A stretch of 64,000 nt of DNA, from contig NC_068990.1 of assembly GCF_001194135.2 (NCBI RefSeq), positions 32,346,588-32,410,587 of the forward strand. Reading direction: 5' to 3'. Position numbers and translations under genes: made by a program. The number at the start of each line of letters is the position of its first letter. Positions within the stretch are counted from its first letter, which is position 1. Source of the stretch: Octopus bimaculoides. Lineage: Eukaryota. Below, in pieces: positions 26,354 through 38,212 of this stretch. The notes beneath the pieces are model-generated. The model ran no database searches and had not been told where the DNA came from. It worked only from the letters and a program-made list of their open reading frames with translations.

Positions 26354-28237
26354 TTATTATTATTATTATTGGTTCTTTATATGTGGACAAAAATGTGTCT
26401 GTACTGCTATATTTATATGCATATGATCACATATGTTTGTTTTGTTAGTAGTCCTCTATTTGTCAATTAGGTGCATGTTGCTCCAAGCATTTTGTCATGC
26501 ATTTAAATAATCACAAACTTCTGTCTTTGACAGTGTCTTATTTAATTAATTGCTCACTTGTCAATGAGTATACAGCTCTTTGGCTGATAATTCCTGTTTT
26601 GCTGACTCACTGATACAGACAACATGTCTACAATTTTATTCTTTGTTCTATTCTTTGAGGCACTCACTTGATATTCTTCTGATGATGAAGTGATTCTTCC
26701 AGCATCATGGAAATAATTGTAAGGATATGGATTATTAAATAAATCTATCTTGTTTTATTCTAGTTCTTTAATCATTATACATATATGGCTTTTAGCCAAT
26801 ACCTTCTGATGAGGACACATGGCTATGTTTCACAAAGCTATAAGAACTTATGTTGCTCCATACACCTGTGACATTGTGGATCTTTATGTAACAGGCATGG
26901 CTATAGCATAAGCCATAGTTCATCCGAAACAGCTGTCAAGATAAGACTATTACAAAATTGTTTTTTTAGTATTTTGTATTCTATGTAATTATACTCATCA
27001 AGCCTACTTATATTTCATCTACCTTTTTACTTGTATCTATATAAACTAGATTAAAGAGTACTTAATACAAGAAGTACAGTTTATGACAGTTTCTGAGGAC
27101 TGGAATCATGAAACCAGTATCTACTGAGGTTTCAGCTTCAGATTTCAAACATATTTCTCCACTATTAAAAAGCTGTAGTTCAGTGTCAAAGTTGAACATT
27201 GCATCACTCTGGAAATACAATGTGAAAGTTCCATTAGTAATATTATTTTGTTGGCCAAAGTATCACCATTAAGATGGGATAAATATTTCTCACTGTGAGC
27301 CCTGCCTTTATCGGAAAACATTGTTTGCAGATTCAGCACCTTAAAACATGTGGTTCCTTGTTTGCTGTGTGAAATTTCCAAATCACATTGACCAAGTCAA
27401 GCTAATGTATGAAAAGCTCCCTGTATAGTTAGAAAATACTGATTTCTATGTGTTTGCCAAATCTCCAGTAATTTAAGTAAAGTGGAATGGTTCCAGCATT
27501 GCATACAGTGAATTGATAAATAATGATTGAATAAAGAAGCACAGATTATTTGTGTACTGTCGGCCATATTAATTCTATGTTGTAAGGTTTACTGATGGCC
27601 AGCTGTCTTTGTCTCAACAGATTGCAACTGCAATAGATAAGCTGTGTTCAATTAATAAGAAGGATTAAGTAAATAGATAATTATTGATGGGTTAATAATA
27701 AATTGGTAATTGATAGACAAGATAGGTAATTAGAGATCAACAGTAATATTAGATACATAATAATACATATATAATTAACTGGATCAATCATACTTAACAC
27801 TCTGCTGCCTACTCATCCTGCCAAAATAATTATATAGTCACAATTATATGGAAAAACAATACAATTAGAATGGAATCAGATAAACTTGGTGAAGAAAGCA
27901 ATTAGAAGTAACATTTACTTTAGCTTCAACACACAAAATTATAATAGTAAATTTTAAAAACAAAAAGAAGCATAAAGAGCCACAAGACATTCTGTCTTCT
28001 TCCTCTGTATCTATGTTATGTCTATGCTGTATCTACATTATGTCTATGCTGTATCTTTGTGCCACTGTATTTATGCTGTCTATGTAACTCTGCAAGCTGT
28101 ATCTGAATAGTTATGTATCTATGCCATGTACCTATGTATCTATACTGTGCATGTAACACTGAGTCTATGCTGTGTCTAGCTATGATGTCTCTGAATCTAT
28201 TCTGTGTCAATGTATTTAAGTTGCATCTCTATACCTT

Positions 28238-28290
<53 letters not shown>

Positions 28291-30214
28291 NNNNNNNNNN
28301 NNNNNNNNNNNNNNNNNNNNNNNNNNNNNNNNNNNNNNNNNNNNNNNNNNNNNNNNNNNNNNNNNNNNNNNNNNNNNNNNNNNNNNNNNNNNNNNNNNNN
28401 NNNNNNNNNNNNNNNNNNNNNNNNNNNNNNNNNNNNNNNNNNNNNNNNNNNNNNNNNNNNNNNNNNNNNNNNNNNNNNNNNNNNNNNNNNNNNNNNNNNN
28501 NNNNNNNNNNNNNNNNNNNNNNNNNNNNNNNNNNNNNNNNNNNNNNNNNNATATATATATATATATATATACTGTACTTATGTCTTCCCATTCCTATGTA
28601 TCTATACTGTGTCTATACCTCTGCACTTCTGTATATATTTATTTCTGTAGCAATATACCTTTGTGCCTCGGTATCAATGCTGTGTCTTTGTACCAATGTG
28701 CTCCTGTACAGTTATATCTCTGTATCCATGTACAGCTATACTCTTTTTTTTTTTGTTGTTTTACCTTTGTACCTATTTACCTCTGTACCTATAAACTATA
28801 TATAGGTACTGCTTCAGTACCTATATATTTGTGTACCTGTGTGCTTATGAATTTCTGTATTTGCTTCTATTTGTACAGCTATAGTTCTTTTTCCTCCAAT
28901 ATCATCAACAACAACAACACTATTTGCCTCTAATTTACATAACAGTAACATATTCTCCAATATAAACAACAGTATCAGAGCAATCCTGACAAATCTTTTG
29001 GGGAAGTTTATACATTTTGCGAAGAGGATATCTAAATTCTCCCTCAGTTTACAGTCTAAGTATGAAACTTCTCTATCTAATGTATCGGCCTTGTTTATAA
29101 AATAACAATACTGTTCCACTGAGTTCAGCAGGCCAGGAATGGTTCATTTTGAGATTCATTAACAACAGTTTGGTTAGCTCTGGTCATGTCCGAGTTGGTT
29201 TGTCAATCGTTCTGAGAATGATTAGTAAGGTGAGATAAAAAAAAGTCAGGTGAGATAAAAAAGAAAAAAGGCCTTGGTGTAATAGTTTAAGTATAATGAG
29301 AACTTGAGAAAAAAAAAATGATTGGATAACATTATTACTTTCTGGTTCAACTTCCAATAGGAGGTAAAGACTATATTGAGAATTGGGTGAAGTGGTGTCT
29401 GTGGATGTCTTGTTCTGAAGGAACAAAACCTAAAGCGGTAAACTTAAGAGATTGTTTTTTGAGAATTATTTACTAAGAATTGACTTTCACATAAGAAATT
29501 TGTTGTTGTTTGTTCCCACTTTGGCCTTGAATGATCAAAAGCTTTCCAGTTGTGATCATCCCATCTTTTTTCTTGAGAGGCTCTCTTGGTAGTCCGACTG
29601 CCTTTAGTTGGTTGGTGGATAGTCTGCCAAGAAAGTATAAATTCATTCCATCAATATGTTAAATGTAGTAACTGAAAAAGGTGTGTGTGTGTCTATATAT
29701 GTGTGTGTCTCTGTACATGAATATGTATTCAGATACATAGTCATGCTTGTGTAAGTTTAGTTGTAGTTAGTATGTCTGTTTAAAGCAGTTCTAGTTTCAT
29801 TTCCAGTTCATTAGAGCCACAACTGTATGGCTGGAAAGATTGATAATGTTGATTTTATTGATCTCTTTTCTCTATATATTGATCACTGAGATAAGAAAGT
29901 TTGGGTTTTCACAGTCTTCTTCTGTTATTTATTTTAATATGTGTCAACTGACAGTGATGAATTAATATGGAAGTAAAAATAATTCAACCGACTGGCTTTG
30001 GTTGAAGAGTAGGGCAGGACTGTGGTAGTTTTAATGTCTATATTGATTGACAGTGATAAATGAAACAGGAGAGAAATTTCATTTGAGTGAACTTTTGTCT
30101 AGAGATTGGCTGTTTATGTTAACCTAACTTATATAGACAGAGGCATGAAAGTGTGTTGAGGGGTGCGACTTGGTTTAGATACTAGACTGAATGGCGGGAT
30201 ACCAGGAAAAATAA

Positions 30215-30520
30215 CATTTATGTAGGCTAGACCAAATAGAAGTAGATTCGTGTAAGATAGACCAGACTGAGGAAGTGGGCCTATATGGAGTAAACCAGGT
30301 AGAGGAGGTGGGTTTATATGGGACAGACCAGATAGAGGAGGTAGGTCAGCACAGAGTAAACCAGATAGAGGGGGTGGGTCTATATGGGGTAGACCAGATA
30401 GAAGAGGTGGGTCAGTGTGGAGTTAACCAGATAGAGGGGGTGGGTCTATGTACGGTAGAGCAGATAGAAGAGGTGGGTCTAGGTGGGATGGACCAGAGGA
30501 AGTGGGTCTGTGTAGAGTGT
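30215..30520 (+). repeat. 33-bp minisatellite (~9 units)
   Basis: Unit approx. gaccagatagaggaggtgggtctatatggggta. One frame is stop-free (GLYGVDQIEEV repeats). Confidence 0.85.
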
Positions 30521-30914
30521 AGTCCCCTTTATCCCATCTAACTATTTCTCCTCACATTCTTATGAAATTTTCCTCTCTGTTCCCTTTCTCACTCAGCCAG
30601 TTTAATCCTCTCTGTCACTTCACCTATATCCACTCCCCACTGCACCTTGATGCTATGTCTTGGCACATATCCACCACCATCCCTCTCACTCTCTCCATCT
30701 CTATATTTCTCTGTGTGTCTCTTTTTCAATCTCTTCTTCTCCAAATTGGTTATCTTTGTACCTTTTCTACAGCAAGACACTTATCTCTATCCATCTATTA
30801 TTCTTGTAATCTCTCATCAACTGGCACAAAGCCACCTCCCTCAATACTACTCTCCCCAGTTGAGGGGACTTAGTCCTGGCTTGCATGTTACTTGGTTACA
30901 CCATTGGGGTTTGT

Positions 30915-31083
30915 ACTTTGAAAAAAGTACCCAGTCCACTCTGTAAAGGGGTTGGTATTAGGAAGGGCATCAAGCCATAAAGCAGACAGTAGACCTTGGC
31001 ACAGCCCTCTGGTCTGCCAGCTCTTGTCAAACCATCCAACGCATAGCAGCATGCCAAATGGATGTTAAATGACCACGATGATG
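30915..31083 (+). mobile_element. Old RTE 3' UTR fragment
   Basis: ggttggtattaggaagggcatc...catccaac...gttaaatgaccacgatgatg. Confidence 0.65.
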
Positions 31084-31101
31084 TGTGTGTGTGTGTGTGT
31101 T

Positions 31102-31139
<38 letters not shown>

Positions 31140-31547
31140 AATCAGATAGTGGTACAACAATGCACCAATATTTACTGGAGATAGCAGTCGATAATATATG
31201 ACGCTATATATAAGCATAGTTGACACATTACTCATATATTGTACCATTGTGAGTGACACTCAGTTCTACAAGGTGATATACACATAGAATTAACAGATTT
31301 TTAAAATTTTTATTGTTGTTATTGTTCTGTTATCATTTTCCAGATTTGTGAAGCATCTTATTTAAGTTTTCTTTGTTGTTGTTGTTGTTTGTGCATTTGT
31401 TTTAGTTATGGCTTTTTACATTTCTACTTGGTTACTCAAAAAAATTTTTTCCCTTTAACACAGAAATTACTTGTTTTCAAAATACATCTGCAAGTGATTG
31501 CAATAATCTTTTGAACATGCAGTAACTGGAACTGTTCTTCATTTCAG

Positions 31548-31736
31548 ATACTTGTTGCAGCTGATTCTAGAGGCTGGTTGTCTAGAATGGGCCCTCATCA
31601 TTTCTGTGGTGCTTCGTGATACTTTGGCTGTGGTTCGTACTGTAAATACTGCAAGCATGACAGATACACCCCTAGAGATGCTGGGGCGAATGAGGGAGGG
31701 CTTATCTTACCTGGAACTCTGGGCAGAAACAGAATG
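31548..31736 (+). CDS. RIC1: RIC1 coding exon: YLLQLILEAGCLEWALIISVVLRDTLAVVRTVNTASMTDTPLEMLGRMREGLSYLELWAETE(C)
   Basis: tttcag acceptor, TG|GTAAGT donor, 189 nt, phase 2-2. Strong resemblance to recalled YLLHIFMEAGCLDWCIVIGLILRE. Confidence 0.93.
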
Positions 31737-32519
31737 GTAAGTTGCATATTACTTCATGTCTTGAGACTTTTCATTTATTTCTCTATATCGGAACCGCTTC
31801 ACAAACCTTCAGTACTTCAGGCAATGGTTTAAAATGTTCCTAATGCTTATTCTATAGTTGTATGAGAGACAGCATTACTGTTTTTATAATGAATACAAAA
31901 CTGGATCTTAGGCCTCAATTCAGAGTTTGCAGTGTTCACACGATGACAGCAAATTGTCCTAAACATTTTGTTACAGATCTAAATATTTCCTCATTTGCCA
32001 TGCTTCTTTTGTATGTCCACTACAATATTTTATTTGGTCAGGGCTGGCATTGTACATGATCAGCTTATATTTAGATGCTGATTTACTCTAAAGAAACAAA
32101 TGTCTTTGAAGTCATTTCAGGATTGTTTCTCTTGCAGTATATGGTACTGGTGATTGCCAAGGAGCTAGAAATGCATTCACTGTTCTGCCAAGAGAAGATG
32201 TCTGGGAATGACTGTTGGTGTTTTACAACATGTATAGCCCACAGCGATAAAGGTTTTCTCTGATAAATTTCACAGTGAAGACAACCTTTGTCCCATGTCT
32301 CCCAAATTGATCTAAATGTTTGTTTGTACATAAAATCATTGTTATCTGGAAAAATATGAATAATCCTAATTAGTCAACATTTCTCTCTTGATTTTATGTT
32401 TTAATAAGTGTCATTAATACATTTATCTCTACTCCAGATTTTAGTGTTTAACGACTGTAAATAATATATATAATAATAATATATATATATATAGTCTCAT
32501 AGCTTATATATATATAAGC

Positions 32520-32659
32520 TATGAGACTTGAACTCACACCTCCATGATTACGCGTCGCGGTGCTCTAAACCATTAAGCTAACCTTAATGAGGGCAGTTTA
32601 GCTTAATGGTTTAGAGCACCGCGATGCATAATCACGGAGGTGTGAGTTCGAGTCTCATA
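32520..32659. repeat. Inverted (head-to-head) pair of 62-bp tRNA-like sequences with 16-nt spacer
   Basis: Arms 32520-32581 and 32598-32659 are 58/62 reverse-complementary. A box TAGCTTAATGG, B box GTTC(G/A)AGTC. Confidence 0.85.
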
Positions 32660-32870
32660 TATATATAAATTTTGTTTTACTTTCATTTATTTATATTCTG
32701 GTGATAAGGTCTTTAGAAATTTGGATGTTTGTATATTATTGTAGGAATTATTTTTACAATTGGAAGACTTGATTGTGAGGGATTTGATGACTGGAGTGAT
32801 ATTTGAACTCATGATAATGTTATTAGTAGTTGTGTGCATTACAATCACCATCATCATGTCTAAATAGTAT

Positions 32871-33252
32871 TACTCTTTTACTTGTTTCAGTCATTTGACT
32901 GTGGCCATGCTGGAGCACTGCCTTTAGTCGAGCAAATCAACACCAGGACTTATTCTTTGTAAGCCTGTCGGTCTCTTTTGCCAAACTGCTAAGTTACGGG
33001 GACGTAAACACACCCGCATCGGTTGTCAAGCGATGTTGTGGGGACAAACACAGACACACACACAGACATATATACATATACATATATACGACAAGCTTCT
33101 TTCAGTTTCCGTCTACCAAATCCACTCACAAGGCTTTGGTCGGCCCGAGGCTATAGTAGAAGACACTTGCCCAAGGTGCCATGCAGTGGGACTGAACCCT
33201 GAACCATGTGGTTGGTAAACAAGCTACTTAACACACAGCCACTCCTGCACCT
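32871..33252 (-). mobile_element. SINE family A, near full length
   Basis: Reverse complement of 3986-4376. Confidence 0.85.
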
Positions 33253-33404
33253 ATTATAAACTTTTTGTTGTATTAGTAAAAATTTATGTTAGAAAATAAT
33301 TTTGATGATTATAATTTTTTCAGAAATTTATCCTAAGTTCTCTAAATTATTATTATTATTATTGCTTTCATCATCATCATCATTATTATTATTATTATTA
33401 TTAT

Positions 33405-33600
33405 TAATTGTTGACATGTCAGACAAAATGTTTAGTGGCACTTTCTTTGTCTTTACATTTTGAGTTCAAATTCTGCTGATGTTGACTTTGCCTTTCATCC
33501 TCTTGGTTGATGAAACAAGTACTGGTTGAGTACTAGGATTGATGTAATTGATTACCCCACACTCCCAAAATTTCATGCTGTGTGCCTATAATAGAAATTG
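33405..33600 (+). mobile_element. SINE family B, decayed
   Basis: gagttcaaattctgctgatgttgactttgcctttcatcc. Confidence 0.7.
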
Positions 33601-33621
33601 TTATTAATTATTATGATTATT

Positions 33622-34065
33622 ATTGAGTGAGAGAACAGTGCATGCCATCAAAGTGACACTGGGGTACAAATATACAAAACCCAATATACCCACCATGTCT
33701 ACCTGTCTGATAAGGGTACACCAGGCACATGCATCACAACCATATGTGTGTGATATGCTGATGTTATATCAAAGTAAACAGCACATGACCTTGCATATGG
33801 GTGCCCAGATAGAATTTTCTTCAGTTTGAGTAGCCCAGCCTGCTCAAAAGTTCTCTGAATAAGGTTTGTTTAAGGATGTTGAATGAAACACCTATGTTTC
33901 TTGAGGTGAATTATTCAAACCCCAAAGAATTCCTCTGAATACATGGCTATGATGCTCCCCCTGCTACTTCTGCTCATGATCAGAGATGCACATATTGTCA
34001 GCCACTAAGTTACATGCTCAACTGCTTATGGTCAAGCAACTGACAAGCAAGCCCATCTTTTACTC
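33622..34065 (-). mobile_element. Dispersed retroelement 3' end with (AAT)n tail
   Basis: Abuts a (TAT)n tract that would be its tail on the minus strand. Resembles a common octopus repeat from memory; no second copy in window. Confidence 0.45.
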
Positions 34066-34116
34066 CAAGATAAAACATACATGATAACACTTCCAATCAG
34101 TTATGTTCAGAAGCCA

Positions 34117-34148
<32 letters not shown>

Positions 34149-34186
34149 TTATTATTAATGTTATTATTATTATTTTAATCTTTCAG

Positions 34187-34430
34187 CATTGGCTACAAAA
34201 CCTTCTTTCTTACAATAAACGAGCAGATTCAAGTGCTTGATAGAATTGCCAACCAGATGCCTGCCATTACTAGACTGTCTGTATTACCAGTTGAAGAAAC
34301 TCCTGTCCATAATGAAAGCAAGACCCTGTCACCAGTCGTGCAGACAATCCGAACTGATAGTGTTGAGAAGAACAACACTGAACCTGATGAAGATAAAAAC
34401 ACTAAGACCAATGATTGTCTTTTATCTTGA
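34187..34430 (+). CDS. RIC1: RIC1 terminal coding exon: IGYKTFFLTINEQIQVLDRIANQ...DEDKNTKTNDCLLS*
   Basis: ctttcag acceptor, phase 2, open to TGA at 34428-34430 followed by TAA. CIGYKTF resembles recalled CPGYKPF. Confidence 0.9.
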
Positions 34431-35202
34431 TAACAACCCACCGATTATCTGTGTATATCTTTCTGTGACATATATATATATCTCCTGGGAACACTGTATT
34501 GGCTGCTACCATTCCTCTACAGCCTCACTTCTTCATTGAAACACAACACACCACAACTGTCATTACACCAACAACACAGTACCAATGTCCTTCAGTGAAT
34601 AACAAGTTCCACTTTTACCTTCAACCTGTGAACCAGCAAAATTTCAAAACTTCAGATCATTTCCTCCTTTTCTCCTTCTTTCTCTTCTTGTCTGAAAACA
34701 TTTTGATATTCTTCAACAACATAAAAGCTATATTTTCTGAATATATTATAATCTTTATGCTTCTCTGTAGCATCTTTTTTTTTTTTCTTTTTGTCTTCTC
34801 TCTCTCTAATTATCTTTTTTTTTTTTAAACTAAAGCTCTATTTTAATGAATTACATGACGACAACTGACCATCTTAGCTTTCATACAAAAAAAAAAAATA
34901 ACAAACAAAAAATATTACAAGCCGAGACAAATCATGAGTAGTTATATTGTTCTCTGTCTCTGTTATGGGCTCCCAACCCTATACCTACTGCCGTTTTCTT
35001 TATCCCATTTTCGATTTTAATTCCCCCATCCCACCCCACCAGTCCTACTGCTTTTTATTGCCTTGTATCTTATTTCAATATCATCTTCCACAAACTAAAA
35101 ATAAGACGAGAAGAAAGAAGAAAAAAGACAATAAATAAAATATAAACAATGAAAAATATGTACAAACAAAATTTAAAAAAAAAATATACAAAACAGAATA
35201 AA
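34431..35202 (+). promoter_or_regulatory. Probable RIC1 3' UTR with candidate polyadenylation signals (true end unknown, may extend further)
   Basis: Follows the stop codon. AATAAA at 35130-35135, 35134-35139 and 35197-35202; ATTAAA near 35705. Confidence 0.45.
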
Positions 35203-38118
35203 ATGAAATTCTGTAAATAATTAAAATAATTTAAAAAAAGAAAGGAAAATAGAGAAAATTATGTGTATTATTTTTTGTGAAGTTGGACCAACTGCAAATT
35301 GCAGTGTGCAGTAATGATTACACAATGGTGTAGAATTGTTAAAATTGTCTGTAAATCTGGCATCGGTGCAATTCTGAATTTTGTTATCTATGAAGAAAGT
35401 ATGGCTTCACTTGTGCCTCCCATTTCTCTCTCTCTTTATATTGTTTGTTTTACTGTACATTTGTCAATCATAGGTAAGTTTTATATTCCATACTTTGTAA
35501 CAGTATGTACAGGAAGTGTAAACTGCAGTGAAAACGTGTACATTGCTGTTTTGTTGTGGAGTGTTTGTGTTTTATGTTTGTGGGTTTCCCATGTTCATAA
35601 AACTTGTGTTGTGTAAAGTTTTGGTTCCGAACTGTCTAAATCATGTTGTTGTTTTATAGCACAATTATAGCCATTCCTTCTCATTCCTGGCCTTGATGTC
35701 ATTCATTAAATATAAGGTTCCTTATTATGCTATAAGCTCTGATTTCTGTATTGTACTTGGATGGACTTTGCATCAATGACATCATTTCTAATGCTATTTG
35801 TGTCTTGTATTACATCTTGCCATTGCCAAGCTTTGTTGCAGTTAGCTATGCATGAAGCTATGGACAGTATTTGATGATGCATTGCATAGTGATTAGTCTA
35901 CAAAGTACTACTGTGGAGAGTATAAAATTACTAGTTTTTGGGCATTATATTCATGCTGCAGTTTTCTTTAAATCACATTGCAGTCAGATATGCACAAAAC
36001 AATTTCGTTGTTTGTAGTTCACAAATTTGTACAATACATTCAGAACCAGGTACATCAATCAGTCTAGAATACTCATAACATCATAATTATTAGCAATCTG
36101 CTATTTAGTAACTTTGTGCCTTTTATCAGATGTGCATTATTTTCATCATCATCATTTCATTTAAAGCTTGTTTTCTCTTATATTTGGATGCACATTATTG
36201 ACCATTGTGTGAGAGAGTGTGTGTGAATATAACATGGATATGACCTGGATGCCAATCCTAATTGACACTATAACAGGCAGACAAATGCTGTGTTGAGGAC
36301 AACTATAACATGTGGAAGCAGCTGCTAGATACAAGAGCCAACTGCAACCATTTGCAGAAGCCAAAGTTGTTTATACTTTTGTTTGACAGTTGTAACTATA
36401 CACACTTTGAATGATAGTGTGTGAAAAGGCATGAAAGCTACCCCAATGTTTAAGAAGTGGGGGGGGGGGGAATAATTTATTTTAATGAGATTTATGGATG
36501 CTAAAATATTAAATAAAGTTTTCTCTATCTTTAACAATGTGGTGGCAGTCATCACATGCCTTTGCTTATATATATCAGTAGCAATGTTTAACATAAACTA
36601 CAAAATCTTTGTTTTATCATCAAATGCAGGTGCTTAATGTAGTTGTAAACCCTTGAAAAACCAAGTCTGTGACCTGCTTGTAATTACTGCTTGAGCCTTT
36701 AAGTTCAATCATAGTAACTAGTCTAGAGAGGGAACAGTTTCTATCTGGTTGAATTACTGTTGATAGACTAGACAAGCACTTTCTGTAGAGATGTCCCAGT
36801 CATCTGACATATTTTTAAAAAAGCATTTTCTTCTATCTTCAACTTCCTGCAAACCAATTCCATGTAACAAGATGAATATCTAAATTCAAATTTTAAGACG
36901 AGTCATTAAAATTCCCAGCTCTTCCTCTGTTGTTTCAAGATTAATTCTTTATCTTTGATTATGAAAGTATGTGAGGAACTCTATCTGTAATAGCAATAAC
37001 AATAGTGAAGTGTTAAAATACTCAACCGTTGATTTAAATATTATCAATCAATACCTTGTGATTATATTGACACATATTTTACTGTTTCAATCACTAAAAA
37101 TCAATACTTCACTACTAATGTAACATTCAGGAGGTAAAAAAAAAAATTGTCCTAAAACAAAGTGATTCAATGCAAAGAGGGCTGAACAGTTTTTAAGTTT
37201 TTGATGTTTTAGCTGTGGACCTACAACACCACAGTGTTGTGTGGTGTCAAAGATAGAATATTGATTGCTGTCCTTTGAGCAGGTATTTCAGTATCCCTTT
37301 GACTCTTTCATTCATGCTTCCTCTCTCTGTATATGTATGTATGTTTGTGAGTGTGTGATTGGGAGAGAGAGAGAGAGACAGAGAGAAAACATTTTACTAG
37401 GAAGAAGTGCAATTGTTGTTCCTTGTAAAGCTTCTGCATACAGATTTTTATGAAGATCTCCAGTGACAGTGTTTCAACATGAATCTGCACAGTTCAGACT
37501 TTTCCATTGAAAGAATCTCTTACATTCTGACTTCATGATTTTGAAACTTTTCTGCAACCAAATACACCATTGCAGTTAGTTTATTCTGTAGTGATGCCTT
37601 TACAATTTGTCGCTGTATACAGTCTCAAAAATATCTTGTCACATACCATTAGATCTGTGGAATCTCTAGATTTCACAGAATAAACTGTATTTTTACATGT
37701 TGTTTTTGTTGGTCTTGTTTATTTCTTAAAAGTGATGTGTGGGGGATATTTTGTCGTTTGATGTGGTGTGTCTTCAATGTTTCTTGTTACTTTCTATGCT
37801 TATCAACATTGCACACTCTGGAAAAAATTTGATGTTCATGTTTAACTCAGGAGGAAAATAGACAAAACTGAGAAGGCTACATATCTCCCATCTTGTAATA
37901 TTCAGGTTACCCTCTATGCTCTGTCTGCATAGAATGTATTATTTTTTTCACACATTTTTCATCTAGCTATCAGTGAAAATGTCCAGTCCATCTTTCACGT
38001 TCAATATTCTGCTTTTTAAATTCCCTTGACAGCTATTTCATTCTTCATTTTTAACTCTGTCTTCACCATATATTTAAAACATATTTTAACTGTTCCCCCC
38101 CTCTCTCTCTCTCTCTCT

Positions 38119-38212
38119 CATGTTGCTATCCTTGCTAACTCTCACCCCATCACCTCTCTGTCTGATGTTGCTATCCTTGCTGACTCTCACCCCATCACCT
38201 CTCTGATGTTAC
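38119..38212. repeat. 41-45-bp tandem duplication
   Basis: tgttgctatccttgct(a/g)actctcaccccatcacctctctg twice. Confidence 0.85.

Noticed and set aside
32591-32659. Functional tRNA gene (apparent CAT or CGT anticodon)
   Set aside because: The 3' acceptor strand is missing, the anticodon arm is irregular, and the sequence runs into (AT)n; it is tRNA-derived only.
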